DNA of 64,000 nucleotides from Deltaproteobacteria bacterium RBG_16_49_23 (GCA_001798855.1 MGQQ01000089.1:12189-76188); one strand, 5' to 3'. Positions 40,635 through 50,644 are shown, counted from the stretch's first letter. Notes: generated by a model not told the origin, from the sequence alone. Numbers and translations are program-made.

Positions 40635-41822
40635 ATGATGAAAAAAGTGAAAGAGAATAAGACAAAAGAAGAAAAAGTTTCACGACGCAATTTTTTGAAA
40701 ACTGCAGCCGTGACGGCAGGAGCAGCGGCCACAATGGGCTTTCCAACGATCGTCAAAGCGCAGGGACCGATTTCGATGCGCTGGCAGTCCACCTGGCCGA
40801 CCAAGGACATTTTCCACGAATTCGCCCTCGACTTCGCCAAGAAGGTGAATGACATGACCGGCGGGGACCTCAAAATCGAGGTGCTGCCGGCGGGCGCCGT
40901 GGTGCCGGCCTTCGGCCTGCTCGACGCGGTGTCCAAGGGCACGCTTGACGGCGGCCACGGCGTGGTGGTCTACCACTACGGCAAACAGAATGCCCTGGCG
41001 CTCTTTGGGTCTGGCCCTGGCTATGGCATGGACGCCAACATGCTTCTCGCCTGGTATAAATACGGCGGTGGGAGGGAGCTGCATGCGAAGCTCTATGCGT
41101 CCATCGGCGCGAACGTGGTATCGTTCCTTTACGGACCGATGGCGACTCAGCCCTTCGGCTGGTTTAAGAAGCCGATCAGCAAGCTGGAGGACCTCAAGGG
41201 CCAGAAGTTCCGGACCGTGGGGCTTTCCGTTGATCTATACACGGCGATGGGCTTGGCGGTGAACGCATTGCCCGGCGGCGAGATCGTCCCGGCGCTGGAT
41301 CGCGGCCTGCTTGACGGAGCGGAATTTAACAACGCCTCCTCCGACCGCCTCCTCGGCTTCGCCGACGTGTCGAAGGTGTGCATGCTGCAGAGCTTCCACC
41401 AGAACGCCGAGCAGTTCGAGATTCTGTTCAACAAGGACAAATATAATGCGCTGCCAGAAAAGATGAAAGCAATCATTTATTACGCCGTGGAAGCGGCCTC
41501 TGCAGACATGTGGTGGAAGTCTATCGATCGTTACTCAAAGGACTACATCGGGCTGCAGACCGTGGACAAGGTAAAGTTCTACAAGACCCCGGATGCGATC
41601 CTCATGAAGCAGCTCGAACTCTTCGACCAGATCGTGGCAAAAAAGTCGGCGGAGAACCCCCTGTTCAAAGAGATCATCGAATCGCAGATAGCATTCGCCA
41701 AGCGGGCGGTGGCATGGGACATGGATACCAATGTCGGCCGTCGCATGGCTTATAACTATTACTTTGGACCCAAAAAGGCTCCAGCAAAGGCTCCAGAGAA
41801 AGCTCCAGCGAAGAAAGGCTAA
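40635..41822 (+). CDS. dctP: TRAP substrate-binding protein (TakP-like, 2-oxo/hydroxy acids), Tat signal
   Basis: VSRRNFLK; RWQSTWP, LLDAVSKG, GWFKKPI, KFRTVG, LDGAEFN. Confidence 0.88.
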   Translation: MMKKVKENKTKEEKVSRRNFLKTAAVTAGAAATMGFPTIVKAQGPISMRWQSTWPTKDIFHEFALDFAKKVNDMTGGDLKIEVLPAGAVVPAFGLLDAVSKGTLDGGHGVVVYHYGKQNALALFGSGPGYGMDANMLLAWYKYGGGRELHAKLYASIGANVVSFLYGPMATQPFGWFKKPISKLEDLKGQKFRTVGLSVDLYTAMGLAVNALPGGEIVPALDRGLLDGAEFNNASSDRLLGFADVSKVCMLQSFHQNAEQFEILFNKDKYNALPEKMKAIIYYAVEAASADMWWKSIDRYSKDYIGLQTVDKVKFYKTPDAILMKQLELFDQIVAKKSAENPLFKEIIESQIAFAKRAVAWDMDTNVGRRMAYNYYFGPKKAPAKAPEKAPAKKG

Positions 41823-41995
41823 CCAAAGATATTTGAAATTTTCCTCCACCCCCTCCCTCTCCCTGCTGGGGAGAGGGGAAGGTCGGTTCGACTCGCAACC
41901 GAGGTGAGGGGGCATAAAAAGTTTCTCCCTATCATCGAGTAGCTACCCGGGGGCTCTTAGCGTTCGGGTAGCTAAATTTTTAAAAAGGTTCGAAT

Positions 41996-42622
41996 ATGCA
42001 GAAATTACTCCTTACCATTGACAAAATCAGCACGTTTGTGGGCCAGGCGTTCTCCTGGCTCATCGTGGGGCTCACCTTTCTGATCGCCTACGAGGTGTAC
42101 GCCCGCTACGCCATGGACGCACCGCACCCCTGGGCCTTCGATATCATGCTCCAGATGTACGGGACCCTGTTCATGATGGCGGGCGCCTACACCCTCTCGA
42201 AGAACGGCATGGTCCGCGGCGATGTCCTCTACGGTTTCTTCCCGCAGCGTGTGCAGGCCGCCCTCGACCTGACGCTCTATATCCTCTTCTTCCTCCCCGG
42301 GGTGACCGCCCTCTGCTGGGCCGGCTACTACTATGCCGGCGACTCCTGGCGGATAACGGAGCATTCGAGCATCACCGCCGACGGCCCGCCGCTCTATCAC
42401 TTCAAGACGATCATTCCGATCGCCGGGGCGTTCATCCTCGTGCAGGGCTTCGTCGAGATATACCGCTGCATCCTGTGCCTGAAGGATGGGAAGTGGCCCT
42501 CGCGCATCCAGGACGTCGAGGAGGTCGACGTCGAGAAACTGAAGGCGACGGTGCACGTCACCGACGAGGATATCGCGAAGCTCGATGAGTATGTGACACA
42601 CACGAAAGGGGGCAACAAGTGA
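41996..42622 (+). CDS. dctQ: TRAP small permease
   Basis: Four TM helices, YEVYARY, VRGDVLY. Confidence 0.88.
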   Translation: MQKLLLTIDKISTFVGQAFSWLIVGLTFLIAYEVYARYAMDAPHPWAFDIMLQMYGTLFMMAGAYTLSKNGMVRGDVLYGFFPQRVQAALDLTLYILFFLPGVTALCWAGYYYAGDSWRITEHSSITADGPPLYHFKTIIPIAGAFILVQGFVEIYRCILCLKDGKWPSRIQDVEEVDVEKLKATVHVTDEDIAKLDEYVTHTKGGNK

Positions 42623-44547
42623 GAAAAGGAGCCTGGTTCGGATTATCTATCATGGCCCTGGTGGTGATCGGGGTCTTCTGGATGATGCCCTCGCCGTCGC
42701 TGATGACCAACGGCCACCTGGGCCTCCTGATGCTGGCGATGATCGTGGTGGCGATCATGCTCGGGTTTCCCACCGCCTTCACACTGATGGGAATGGGATC
42801 AATGTTCGCCTTTTTCGCCTATTACAGCCAAAACCCGAATACAGCGGTGGTGCACGTGTTCGATCTGGTGTCGCAGCGGGCCTATGCCGTCATGAACAAC
42901 GACGTACTGATCTCGATACCGCTCTTCGTCTTCATGGGGTACCTGGTCGAGCGGGCCAACCTGATCGGCAGGCTCTTCAAGAGTCTCCACCTGGCGACCT
43001 CCCGGATCCCCGGGTCGCTCGCCGTCGCGACGGTCATCACCTGCGCGATCTTCGCCACCGCCACCGGGATCATCGGGGCGTGCGTGACGCTCATGGGCCT
43101 TCTCGCCTTTCCGGCGATGCTCAAGGCCGGATACAGCACCCGCATCTCGGCGGGGGTCGTGACCGCGGGGGGAACCCTCGGCATCTTGATCCCGCCTTCG
43201 GTCCTTTTGATCCTCTACGGCGCGACCGCGGGCGTCTCGGTCGTCCAGCTTTACGCCGGGGCGTTTTTACCCGGCTTCATGCTGACCAGCCTCTATATCG
43301 GCTACATCATCATCTCCGCAAAGCTCAATCCGAAAACCGCCCCGCCGCTCTCCGAGGAGGAGCAGATCGTCGAGCTGCCCAAGTTCGCGGAGGTGATCTC
43401 GAAGAAATCCAACAACGTCATGGTCGGACTGATCGGTGCGATCAAGGGGAAACGGAACGCCGACGTCCCGATGAAGACGCTCCTCACCCACCTGGTGATC
43501 GCCATACTTCCCCTAATGGCGGCCTCTCTCCTCGTTCTGATTGTCTACCTCTGGACGACGGCCCCCACGCTGGTGGATACATCGGGCCTGCAGACGATGG
43601 GCATGGAGTCGACGGAGACCACTGAAGTCTCGACCGACACGGGGGGTCTCCAGGAACCGGAGGGGTCGGTCGGCCTGGCGGAGCCCCCGGCCGAACCCGG
43701 TCAGACTGCTCAGGTTGCCCCGGCCGAGGCCCCGAAACCGCCCGCTGAGGTAAAGCCAGCGACACCAGTGGTACCAGCCGCACCCGGACGCAATCCCGCC
43801 CCCCTGGTGTTCTGGATCACCTTCGGCATTTTCGCGGCGGGGACAACGATCTTCTATGTGATCTTCACCTTTGCACGTCTCGAGATCTTCAAGATGCTCC
43901 TCGGATCGTTCTTCCCGCTAGCCCTGATCATCCTCGGGGTTCTCGGGACGATCGTCGTGGGGCTCGCGACCCCGACCGAGGCGGCGGCGATGGGGTCCTT
44001 CGGGGGATTTGTTCTGGCGGCCGCGTACAAACAGCTCAATTTCACCGTCGTCAAGGAATCAGTCTTCCTTACCGCGAAGACAAGCGCGATGGTCTGCTGG
44101 CTCTTCGTCGGCTCGAGTATCTTCGCAGCGGCCTTCGCCCTCCTCGGCGGTCAGGAGCTCATCAACGACTGGGTTAAATCGATGGACATGACGCCGACCC
44201 AGTTCATGCTCCTGGCGCAGCTCATCATCTTCCTCCTCGGCTGGCCGTTGGAGTGGACCGAGATCATCGTCATCTTCATGCCGATCTTCATCCCGCTGTT
44301 GGCCCACTTTCAAATCGATCCACTCTTCTTCGGCCTGATAGTGGCGTTGAACCTCCAGACGGCGTTCCTCTCGCCACCGGTCGCGATGGCCGCCTTCTAC
44401 CTGAAGGGCGTGGCGCCGCCGCACGTGACTCTGAACCAGATCTTCATCGGGATGATGCCCTTCATGGCGATCCAGGCTCTGGCGATCTTTTTACTCTACA
44501 TGTTCCCCCAGATCGGTCTGTGGGTGCCGGGCTTGGTGTATAAGTGA
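42619..44547 (+). CDS. dctM: TRAP large permease with large internal insertion
   Basis: IPLFVFMG, GTLGILIPPS, ATPTEAAA, LQTAFLSPP; acidic/Pro-rich internal loop. Confidence 0.9.
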   Translation: MRKGAWFGLSIMALVVIGVFWMMPSPSLMTNGHLGLLMLAMIVVAIMLGFPTAFTLMGMGSMFAFFAYYSQNPNTAVVHVFDLVSQRAYAVMNNDVLISIPLFVFMGYLVERANLIGRLFKSLHLATSRIPGSLAVATVITCAIFATATGIIGACVTLMGLLAFPAMLKAGYSTRISAGVVTAGGTLGILIPPSVLLILYGATAGVSVVQLYAGAFLPGFMLTSLYIGYIIISAKLNPKTAPPLSEEEQIVELPKFAEVISKKSNNVMVGLIGAIKGKRNADVPMKTLLTHLVIAILPLMAASLLVLIVYLWTTAPTLVDTSGLQTMGMESTETTEVSTDTGGLQEPEGSVGLAEPPAEPGQTAQVAPAEAPKPPAEVKPATPVVPAAPGRNPAPLVFWITFGIFAAGTTIFYVIFTFARLEIFKMLLGSFFPLALIILGVLGTIVVGLATPTEAAAMGSFGGFVLAAAYKQLNFTVVKESVFLTAKTSAMVCWLFVGSSIFAAAFALLGGQELINDWVKSMDMTPTQFMLLAQLIIFLLGWPLEWTEIIVIFMPIFIPLLAHFQIDPLFFGLIVALNLQTAFLSPPVAMAAFYLKGVAPPHVTLNQIFIGMMPFMAIQALAIFLLYMFPQIGLWVPGLVYK

Positions 44548-44633
44548 TGGCAGAGGCTTCTGCGCCGGGATCTCAGCGCCCGGCGGGGGGGTAAATTGCC
44601 TGATTCACGAAAACCTACATCAGGAGGAGAAAG

Positions 44634-44819
44634 ATGCGACATTTTTTGTCTGTGGTCGGCGCCGTCGTCGGTAATTTCATTCTGTGGTCGTTGATCACCA
44701 AACTGCCCGTGCATTCAATGATCATTTTTTGTCTTGTGATTGCCGTGGGCTGTCTTATGCTTTACAGCATCGTGCATTTCGGGAAAGCAGCGGATAATAA
44801 TCCGTCCGCTAAGGGTTGA
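44634..44819 (+). CDS. Small 2-TM hypothetical protein
   Basis: AGGAGGAG RBS; two hydrophobic segments. Confidence 0.6.
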   Translation: MRHFLSVVGAVVGNFILWSLITKLPVHSMIIFCLVIAVGCLMLYSIVHFGKAADNNPSAKG

Positions 44820-44939
44820 TCTGAACAAACTGAATACGGTGAACAAATAGATTCACACTTACCTGTTTCTAGTGTTCCGCGTCCGTTGTAGGAGCAGATT
44901 AGCTCAATTTTCTGAATCACGTATGCAGGGAGGTTACAT

Positions 44940-45149
44940 ATGTGGGAAAAGCTGGGTGGGCTCGCTACCATAGTTGTTGCAGTTATGGTGTTATATCTTA
45001 TAAGTGTTTATAGACCACCGACATTCATCCAAATTATCTGTGCGTTAGCCGGCAGCATTATCTGTCTTATCGGCGTTGTGTTTCTGTTCGCTGAAGGGCA
45101 GATTCTTACAAAAGACCGCCGGGTCAAGAAGGCTCCCAAGGTTGGTTAG
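44940..45149 (+). CDS. Small 2-TM hypothetical protein
   Basis: GGGAGG RBS; two hydrophobic segments, basic tail. Confidence 0.6.
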   Translation: MWEKLGGLATIVVAVMVLYLISVYRPPTFIQIICALAGSIICLIGVVFLFAEGQILTKDRRVKKAPKVG

Positions 45150-45170
45150 ACCACTGAAGTTACGGCATCA

Positions 45171-45262
45171 TTGGGAATGATGCCGTTCCAGGTGATCGCG
45201 ATATTCCTGCTGTACTTGTTCCTGCAGATTTGGTTATGGGTGCCGAGTTTGGTATATAAATA
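45171..45262 (+). pseudogene. Remnant second copy of the dctM 3' end
   Basis: Translates GMMPFQVIAIFLLYLFLQIWLWVPSLVYK* versus DctM GMMPFMAIQALAIFLLYMFPQIGLWVPGLVYK*. Confidence 0.85.
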
Positions 45263-45423
45263 ATGACCGGGACCCCACGCAATCCCATCCCCCTCCCAAC
45301 CTCCCCCTTGAAGGGGGAGAAGCCTATATTTTCCTCCCCTTCAAGGGGAGGGTTAGGGTAGGGATGGGGTTAGAAAGATAGCACAGTGAAAAAATGTAAT
45401 AAAGAAAAGGTAGAAACAAAGCC

Positions 45424-46389
45424 ATGAAACCCAAAATACTGGTGACCCGGGAAGTATTTGATGATGTGCTTGAATATCTCTCCCAATATTTTGAAGTAAC
45501 CTCAAATCAATCGGATATCCCATTTGATTCTGAAACCCTCGCTTCCAAGCTCTCTGACAAGCAGGGCGCCATGATAACCCTTACGGATAGAATTGACACA
45601 CTGCTTTTAACACGCTGTCCGAACCTAAAAGCGGTCTGTAATATCGCTGTCGGTTATAATAACATTGACCTTGAAGCCTGCCGTAAAGCAAACGTCATGG
45701 CAACCAACACCCCCGGTGTATTGGATGATACCACCGGAGATTTTACCTGGACATTGATTCTTGCCACTGCGCGCAGGCTTACCGAGGCGGAAGCCTACCT
45801 TCGTGCAGGGCAGTGGGATAGGTGGAAACTGAAACAGTTTCTTGGCCTGGATATCCATCATGCCACATTAGGAATCTTTGGCCTGGGACGGATCGGTCAG
45901 GTGGTGGCACGCCGTGCGACTGGCTTTGAGATGAAGGTAATTTATCATGATGTCCATCGGGCTACTCCAGAAATTGAACAGGCATGCCGGGCAAGATTTG
46001 TGAGCAAGGAAGAATTGCTATCACTCGCAGATATTGTGACGATTCACGTCCCCTACTCCCCTGAGACCCATCATCTCATTGGCAAACGGGAACTCGAACA
46101 GATGAAACCAACGGCGATCCTTATCAACGCCTCCCGTGGCGGTGTAGTGGACGATGCGGCGCTGATTGAGGCGCTTCGTTCAGGAACGATTGCCGGCGCA
46201 GGCCTCGATGTTTTTGAAAATGAGCCGAAATTCAATCCTGGGTTTCTTGAGCTAAAAAATGTCGTTCTCGCGCCCCACATCGCAAGTTCGTCAAAGGCAA
46301 CACGTCACAAAATGGCCATGCTTGCTGCAGAGAACCTTGTAGCCGCCCTCACCACCGGTAAACCGCCCAACCTCCTTAATCCTTTTTGA
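45424..46389 (+). CDS. Glyoxylate/hydroxypyruvate reductase (D-2-hydroxyacid dehydrogenase, GyaR/GhrB-like)
   Basis: AVGYNNID, NTPGVL, GLGRIG, INASRG, GLDVFENEP, PHIAS. Confidence 0.88.
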   Translation: MKPKILVTREVFDDVLEYLSQYFEVTSNQSDIPFDSETLASKLSDKQGAMITLTDRIDTLLLTRCPNLKAVCNIAVGYNNIDLEACRKANVMATNTPGVLDDTTGDFTWTLILATARRLTEAEAYLRAGQWDRWKLKQFLGLDIHHATLGIFGLGRIGQVVARRATGFEMKVIYHDVHRATPEIEQACRARFVSKEELLSLADIVTIHVPYSPETHHLIGKRELEQMKPTAILINASRGGVVDDAALIEALRSGTIAGAGLDVFENEPKFNPGFLELKNVVLAPHIASSSKATRHKMAMLAAENLVAALTTGKPPNLLNPF

Positions 46390-46429
46390 CCCCCTGGATT
46401 ACGTATCATTTTAGTTTTTTGAAAAGGTT

Positions 46430-46690
46430 TTTCTAATCCCCCTTAATCCCCCTTCGTCAAAAGGGGGATATGTTTTTCCTCCCTTTGGCAAAGGGAGGTG
46501 GCCTGCCTGCGCGAAGCCGCTCCGGCGAAGGCAGGGGAGGGATTTTAAAAAGTTTAATTCAAACCGCCAAATTGATACCGGATTATTTATGGTCCAAAAT
46601 TGACATATTGTTCTTAAAATCTCCCCTATCCCCTGGTTGCCCTCCGGGCCAGAGGCCCTATGGGCCGGCGGCCAAAGAGGGGAATTCCTC
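46430..46690. repeat. Family B hairpins with nested inserts (46502-46535, 46640-46672)
   Basis: Reverse-orientation copies of the same 34-bp and 33-bp inserts seen at 6067 and 6147. Confidence 0.75.
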
Positions 46691-46749
46691 AGAAAATTCT
46701 GAAGATCCTTTTCCCATCTTGACAAAGAAGTGGAATTTAATTTAAAAGA

Positions 46750-46760
46750 GGTAAGACCAT
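46750..46760 (+). promoter_or_regulatory. FadR-family operator GGTAAGACCA upstream of the regulator (autoregulation)
   Basis: Same 10-bp core as 39556-39565; TTGACA at 46719-46724. Confidence 0.7.
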
Positions 46761-46772
46761 TGGAGCATTTAT

Positions 46773-47471
46773 ATGTTTAATTCCATCAAGCACACCAAAA
46801 TCTCTGAGGACATTGCCAATCAGATCAAACGCCTCATCATCGATGGGAAGTTAAAACCCGGAGACCAGCTTCCCCCTGAACGGGAACTCATCAAACAGTT
46901 GGGCGTAAGCCGGCCCTCTCTCAGGGAGGCTCTGAATGCTCTGGCGGCGATGGGATTTCTGGATGTCAGGCAGGCCAAGAGGACCTTTGTCAAATCCGTC
47001 TCCTCGAAACTGATCGAGGATCCTCTCTCCCTGCTCATTAAGGCGGACGATCAGAAGATTTTTGACCTCATCGAAGTGCGAAAGGCCATCGAAACCTGGG
47101 CCGCCTACCATGCGGCGCAGAAAGCTTCAAGGGAAGACATTAAGCAACTCGACACCATCATCGGGGAGATGAAGAGAGCTTTTGAAGAGGGCCGGTCCTG
47201 GGAAAAACAGGATGCTGATTTCCACCTGGCCATCGCCCAGGCTACCCATAATACCATCCATATGCATATCATGTCAGGGATTTATGATCTTCTCAGAGAA
47301 TCGGTAGGAAGAGTTTTTAGGGATCGTGTAAAAATAAAAAAATTGCTTGATCAACATTATAGAATATTCAATGCGATTAAGAATCACTCTCCTGATAAAG
47401 CCAGGGAGAGAACCCTTGAACACCTGAATTATGTGGAGTCCGAGGTCAAAAAAGCGACCGGCCACGGATGA
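46773..47471 (+). CDS. GntR/FadR-family regulator (GlcC/LldR/PdhR-like)
   Basis: PGDQLPPEREL...GVSRPSLREAL; FCD domain DADFHLAIA. Confidence 0.92.
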   Translation: MFNSIKHTKISEDIANQIKRLIIDGKLKPGDQLPPERELIKQLGVSRPSLREALNALAAMGFLDVRQAKRTFVKSVSSKLIEDPLSLLIKADDQKIFDLIEVRKAIETWAAYHAAQKASREDIKQLDTIIGEMKRAFEEGRSWEKQDADFHLAIAQATHNTIHMHIMSGIYDLLRESVGRVFRDRVKIKKLLDQHYRIFNAIKNHSPDKARERTLEHLNYVESEVKKATGHG

Positions 47472-47680
47472 GTAGCCGCACCCTTAAGGGTGCGTTCTTT
47501 TGAAGAACAAATTATTAACAGTCTCAAAATGGTAAAGACATTAATTTGTAAAATCCCTCCTGACCTCCCTTTGTCTAAGGGAGGGATTACCCCTCTTTGG
47601 AAAAGAGGGGCGAGGGGAGATTTTCCAATGTTTATTTCAATTTAATTTTAGACTGTTATTAATTCACGAGAGGGTGTTCC

Positions 47681-49048
47681 GTGATTAAGAAACTGATCGA
47701 GATTGTGGGTCAGGAGAATTTCACCGACCAATTAGAAGAGTTAGTGCCCTATAGCTACGATGCCTCGATGAATATCCACCGGCCTGATGCGGCTGTCTGG
47801 CCTGAAACGGCAGAACAGGTATTGGCCATTGTCAAATTTGCCAATGAGCATAAGATACCGGTCATTCCCCGGGGGGCAGGAACCAGCCTCAGCGGAGGGG
47901 TGGTTCCGATAAGGGGCGGGGTGATCATCGACCTCTCCAAAATGAACAGGATCCTTGAGATCAGCATTGAAAACCGTTATGCCCGCGTGGAGGCAGGCGT
48001 GGTTTGTGACGACCTTAACAGGGAACTCGCAAAACATGGCTTCGTATTTCCTCCGGACCCAGCAAGCAGCACGGTTTCAACGATCGGAGGAAATGTGGCC
48101 ACCAATGCGGGTGGTATCAAGGGCGCCAAATATGGCACCACCCGCGATTATGTCCTGGGCCTTCAGGTCGCCCTGCCCACCGGAGAGTTGATGCGGACAG
48201 GCTCCTATACGATGAAATGCGTCTCGGGCTATGATCTGGCTAAACTCTTTGTCGGAGCAGAGGGGACACTTGGGGTGATCACGGAGGTCACATTAAAAAT
48301 CAACCCCCTTCCCCGCCATGCCATGACCGCTGTCGCCACCTATGCCAGGCTCGAAGATGCGGGGAAAGCCATTTTCCAGACAATGACCAGCGGAGTCATT
48401 CCCAGCGTGATGGAGATCCTGGACAAAGTCACTCTTAAATCGATCAGGGAAAATACAGACATCGATTTGCCGGATGCGGAGGCCATGATCCTGACAGAAA
48501 CCGATGGTTTCACCTGGGAAGAGGTCGAGGCTCAGATGGAGGTGGTTCTCAGCATTTTGAAAAAGAATCATCCCATCGAGATAAAGACAGCAAAGGATGA
48601 AAAAGAGCGGCTCAATCTCTGGAAGGCCCGCAAGTCCGCCTATGCGACGCTTGCCAGGGTAAGCAGCAGTTTTACGCTGGACGATGTGACCGTCCCCATC
48701 TCCCGAATACCCGAGTTGCTGGTTGGCATTCAGGAGATTTCTAAAAAATACAATATCGTCGTTGCCACGTTTGGCCACGCCGGCGATGGAAACCTCCATC
48801 CTCAGATTCTTTACGATGAATATGATTCCGATCAAGTCGAAAGAACCAAAAAGGTTGAGGAAGAGATTTTCAAGCTTACTATCTCTCTCAAAGGCACCCT
48901 GAGCGGAGAACATGGCATCGGCCTCTCCAAAGCTAGCTATATGACATTGGAGCATGACCCGGTTGAAATGGATTTGATGAGAAGGGTTAAGAAGACACTG
49001 GATCCGAATAACATCATGAACCCAGGGAAAAGAGCTCTCGATAGCTAA
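47681..49048 (+). CDS. Second FAD-linked 2-hydroxyacid dehydrogenase (GlcD/D-lactate dehydrogenase-like)
   Basis: RGAGTSLSGG, PPDPAS, GAEGTLG, HAGDGNLHP, GEHGIG. Confidence 0.88.
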   Translation: MIKKLIEIVGQENFTDQLEELVPYSYDASMNIHRPDAAVWPETAEQVLAIVKFANEHKIPVIPRGAGTSLSGGVVPIRGGVIIDLSKMNRILEISIENRYARVEAGVVCDDLNRELAKHGFVFPPDPASSTVSTIGGNVATNAGGIKGAKYGTTRDYVLGLQVALPTGELMRTGSYTMKCVSGYDLAKLFVGAEGTLGVITEVTLKINPLPRHAMTAVATYARLEDAGKAIFQTMTSGVIPSVMEILDKVTLKSIRENTDIDLPDAEAMILTETDGFTWEEVEAQMEVVLSILKKNHPIEIKTAKDEKERLNLWKARKSAYATLARVSSSFTLDDVTVPISRIPELLVGIQEISKKYNIVVATFGHAGDGNLHPQILYDEYDSDQVERTKKVEEEIFKLTISLKGTLSGEHGIGLSKASYMTLEHDPVEMDLMRRVKKTLDPNNIMNPGKRALDS

Positions 49049-49059
49049 GGCTATCGAGA

Positions 49060-49246
49060 ATGTCAAATGTCAAAATCCAAATTCCAAATGAATGTCAAAT
49101 TTCAAAATTCAAGCATAAAATTACGGGATAAAGGTGTGAGGAACGAGAATTTTTCCAAAAATCTATTCTTTCCGATGTCCCCACTTTATATTCTTCTTTG
49201 ACATTTGTGATTTGAACTTCCTTTGAACTTTGAGCTTTGACATTTT
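49060..49246. repeat. Inverted heptamer microsatellite arms (AAATGTC-like / GACATTT-like)
   Basis: Degenerate 7-mers left, complementary 7-mers right; similar arrangement at 62567-62692. Confidence 0.7.
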
Positions 49247-49273
49247 ATATTTTTTTAAGCAGCCGGAGGCTAA

Positions 49274-50389
49274 ATGCCCACTCAACTCCAATTCGATGAA
49301 AAACGTCGCAAAGCGATCACTCAGTGCTCCCGGTGCGGCTTCTGCCGGGCGGTTTGCCCTATCTTCGACCTGACAAAGAGGCCCATCACCAATGCCCACG
49401 GAAAGATCATCCTCCTCAAAGAGGTGTTGGAAGGAAAACTTCCCGCCACCGAAGAAGTGGCAAAGGCAATGCTTCGTTGTACCGCCTGTATGAACTGCAC
49501 GGTCAATTGTCCCTCGGGTGTTGATCCTCAAGAGATTATCAAAGCGGCGCGAAGGGATATGGTGGGAATGGGTTTTGACAACCTCTTCAAGGCAATGGGC
49601 GAGGTGGTCGAAAAGTATGGGAATATCTATGGAGAGGAGAAGAGGTCCGACTGGGGTCATCGAAAAGGAAAGGCTCCTTATGCCCTTTTTTTAGGCTGTG
49701 CAGGGGCTTACCGGGAAGAAGAGAGTGTAAAAGAGACCCTTCAACTCCTCGATATTCTGAAGGTTGATTTCACCCTGATCGATGAGGTCTGTTGCAGTGG
49801 GGTACTCGAAGATGTGGGGTATAAGATCAAGGAAGATTTAGTCTGGCGAAATATCCAGGAAATTCAGAAAACCGGAGCCAAGACGCTGATCACAACCTGC
49901 CCTTATTGTTATCGAGTCTTCAAGGAACATCCCGCTTATAAAGACTTAGGAATGGAAGTCAAACATATCACGCAGTTTCTCAAGGATTTTGATTTTGGGG
50001 TTAAAACAGATAAAAAAGTCACCTATCATGACCCCTGTGATTTAGGTCGCCATGCTGGAATCTATGATGAGCCAAGACAGATCATCCAAAAGATTGCACC
50101 CAATTTTGTGGAACCACGAAGAACACGAGAGAATGCTATGTGCTGTGGGGCTGGAAGCGGGTTCAGGGGAGCCTTTCCCAAAGAGTCCGTCAAAATTGCG
50201 AGAAATCGTTTAAGTCAAATCATCGAGGATACAGGAGCTGAAATTCTTCTCACCGAATGTCCTTCCTGCCTTCACAATTTCAGGAACGCCAAAAGGCAAA
50301 AACAGAAGATCGAAATCTACAACCTCACCGAATTCCTCGCCCGCCTTTACCGGGAAAGGGAACGACCCTCCACCAAAGAAGCAGCTTGA
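49274..50389 (+). CDS. Fe-S/CCG subunit (GlcF-like) partnering the upstream dehydrogenase
   Basis: CSRCGFCRAVCP, CTACMNCTVNCP, CCS/CCG, YHDPCDLGR. Confidence 0.85.
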   Translation: MPTQLQFDEKRRKAITQCSRCGFCRAVCPIFDLTKRPITNAHGKIILLKEVLEGKLPATEEVAKAMLRCTACMNCTVNCPSGVDPQEIIKAARRDMVGMGFDNLFKAMGEVVEKYGNIYGEEKRSDWGHRKGKAPYALFLGCAGAYREEESVKETLQLLDILKVDFTLIDEVCCSGVLEDVGYKIKEDLVWRNIQEIQKTGAKTLITTCPYCYRVFKEHPAYKDLGMEVKHITQFLKDFDFGVKTDKKVTYHDPCDLGRHAGIYDEPRQIIQKIAPNFVEPRRTRENAMCCGAGSGFRGAFPKESVKIARNRLSQIIEDTGAEILLTECPSCLHNFRNAKRQKQKIEIYNLTEFLARLYRERERPSTKEAA

Positions 50390-50585
50390 TATTCATTCGA
50401 CCCTCTTTCATTTGAAAAATTCTTTTCGACATGTTTAGTATTTGCACATCCGATCTTCAAAATAGATTGAAGCATCATAATATCAGCAGAAGAAATGGAT
50501 TCCATTCACCACCTATTCAATCTATCCATCCTGATCCAAATACTGAGATTAGAGACCTGAGCCTGGCCGCTTGATTACAGTAGAT

Positions 50586-50644
50586 TCCAATTTTTGTTAT
50601 CCAATTTTTGTTATCCTTGACATCGTCATCTTACATGGTAAGAT
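50586..50644 (+). promoter_or_regulatory. TA promoter TTGACA-16-TAAGAT with operator palindrome ATCTTAC-ATG-GTAAGAT, preceded by a 14-bp tandem duplication
   Basis: Palindrome 50628-50644 covers the -10; TCCAATTTTTGTTA x2 at 50586-50613. Confidence 0.6.

Noticed and set aside
44820-44890. attC site between the two small membrane ORFs (GGTGAAC...GTTCCGC)
   Set aside because: Ends and internal pairing are too poor to support
47528-47542. Third FadR box (ATGGTAAAGACATT) before the second dehydrogenase
   Set aside because: Right half-site does not match ACCA at the right spacing; too weak
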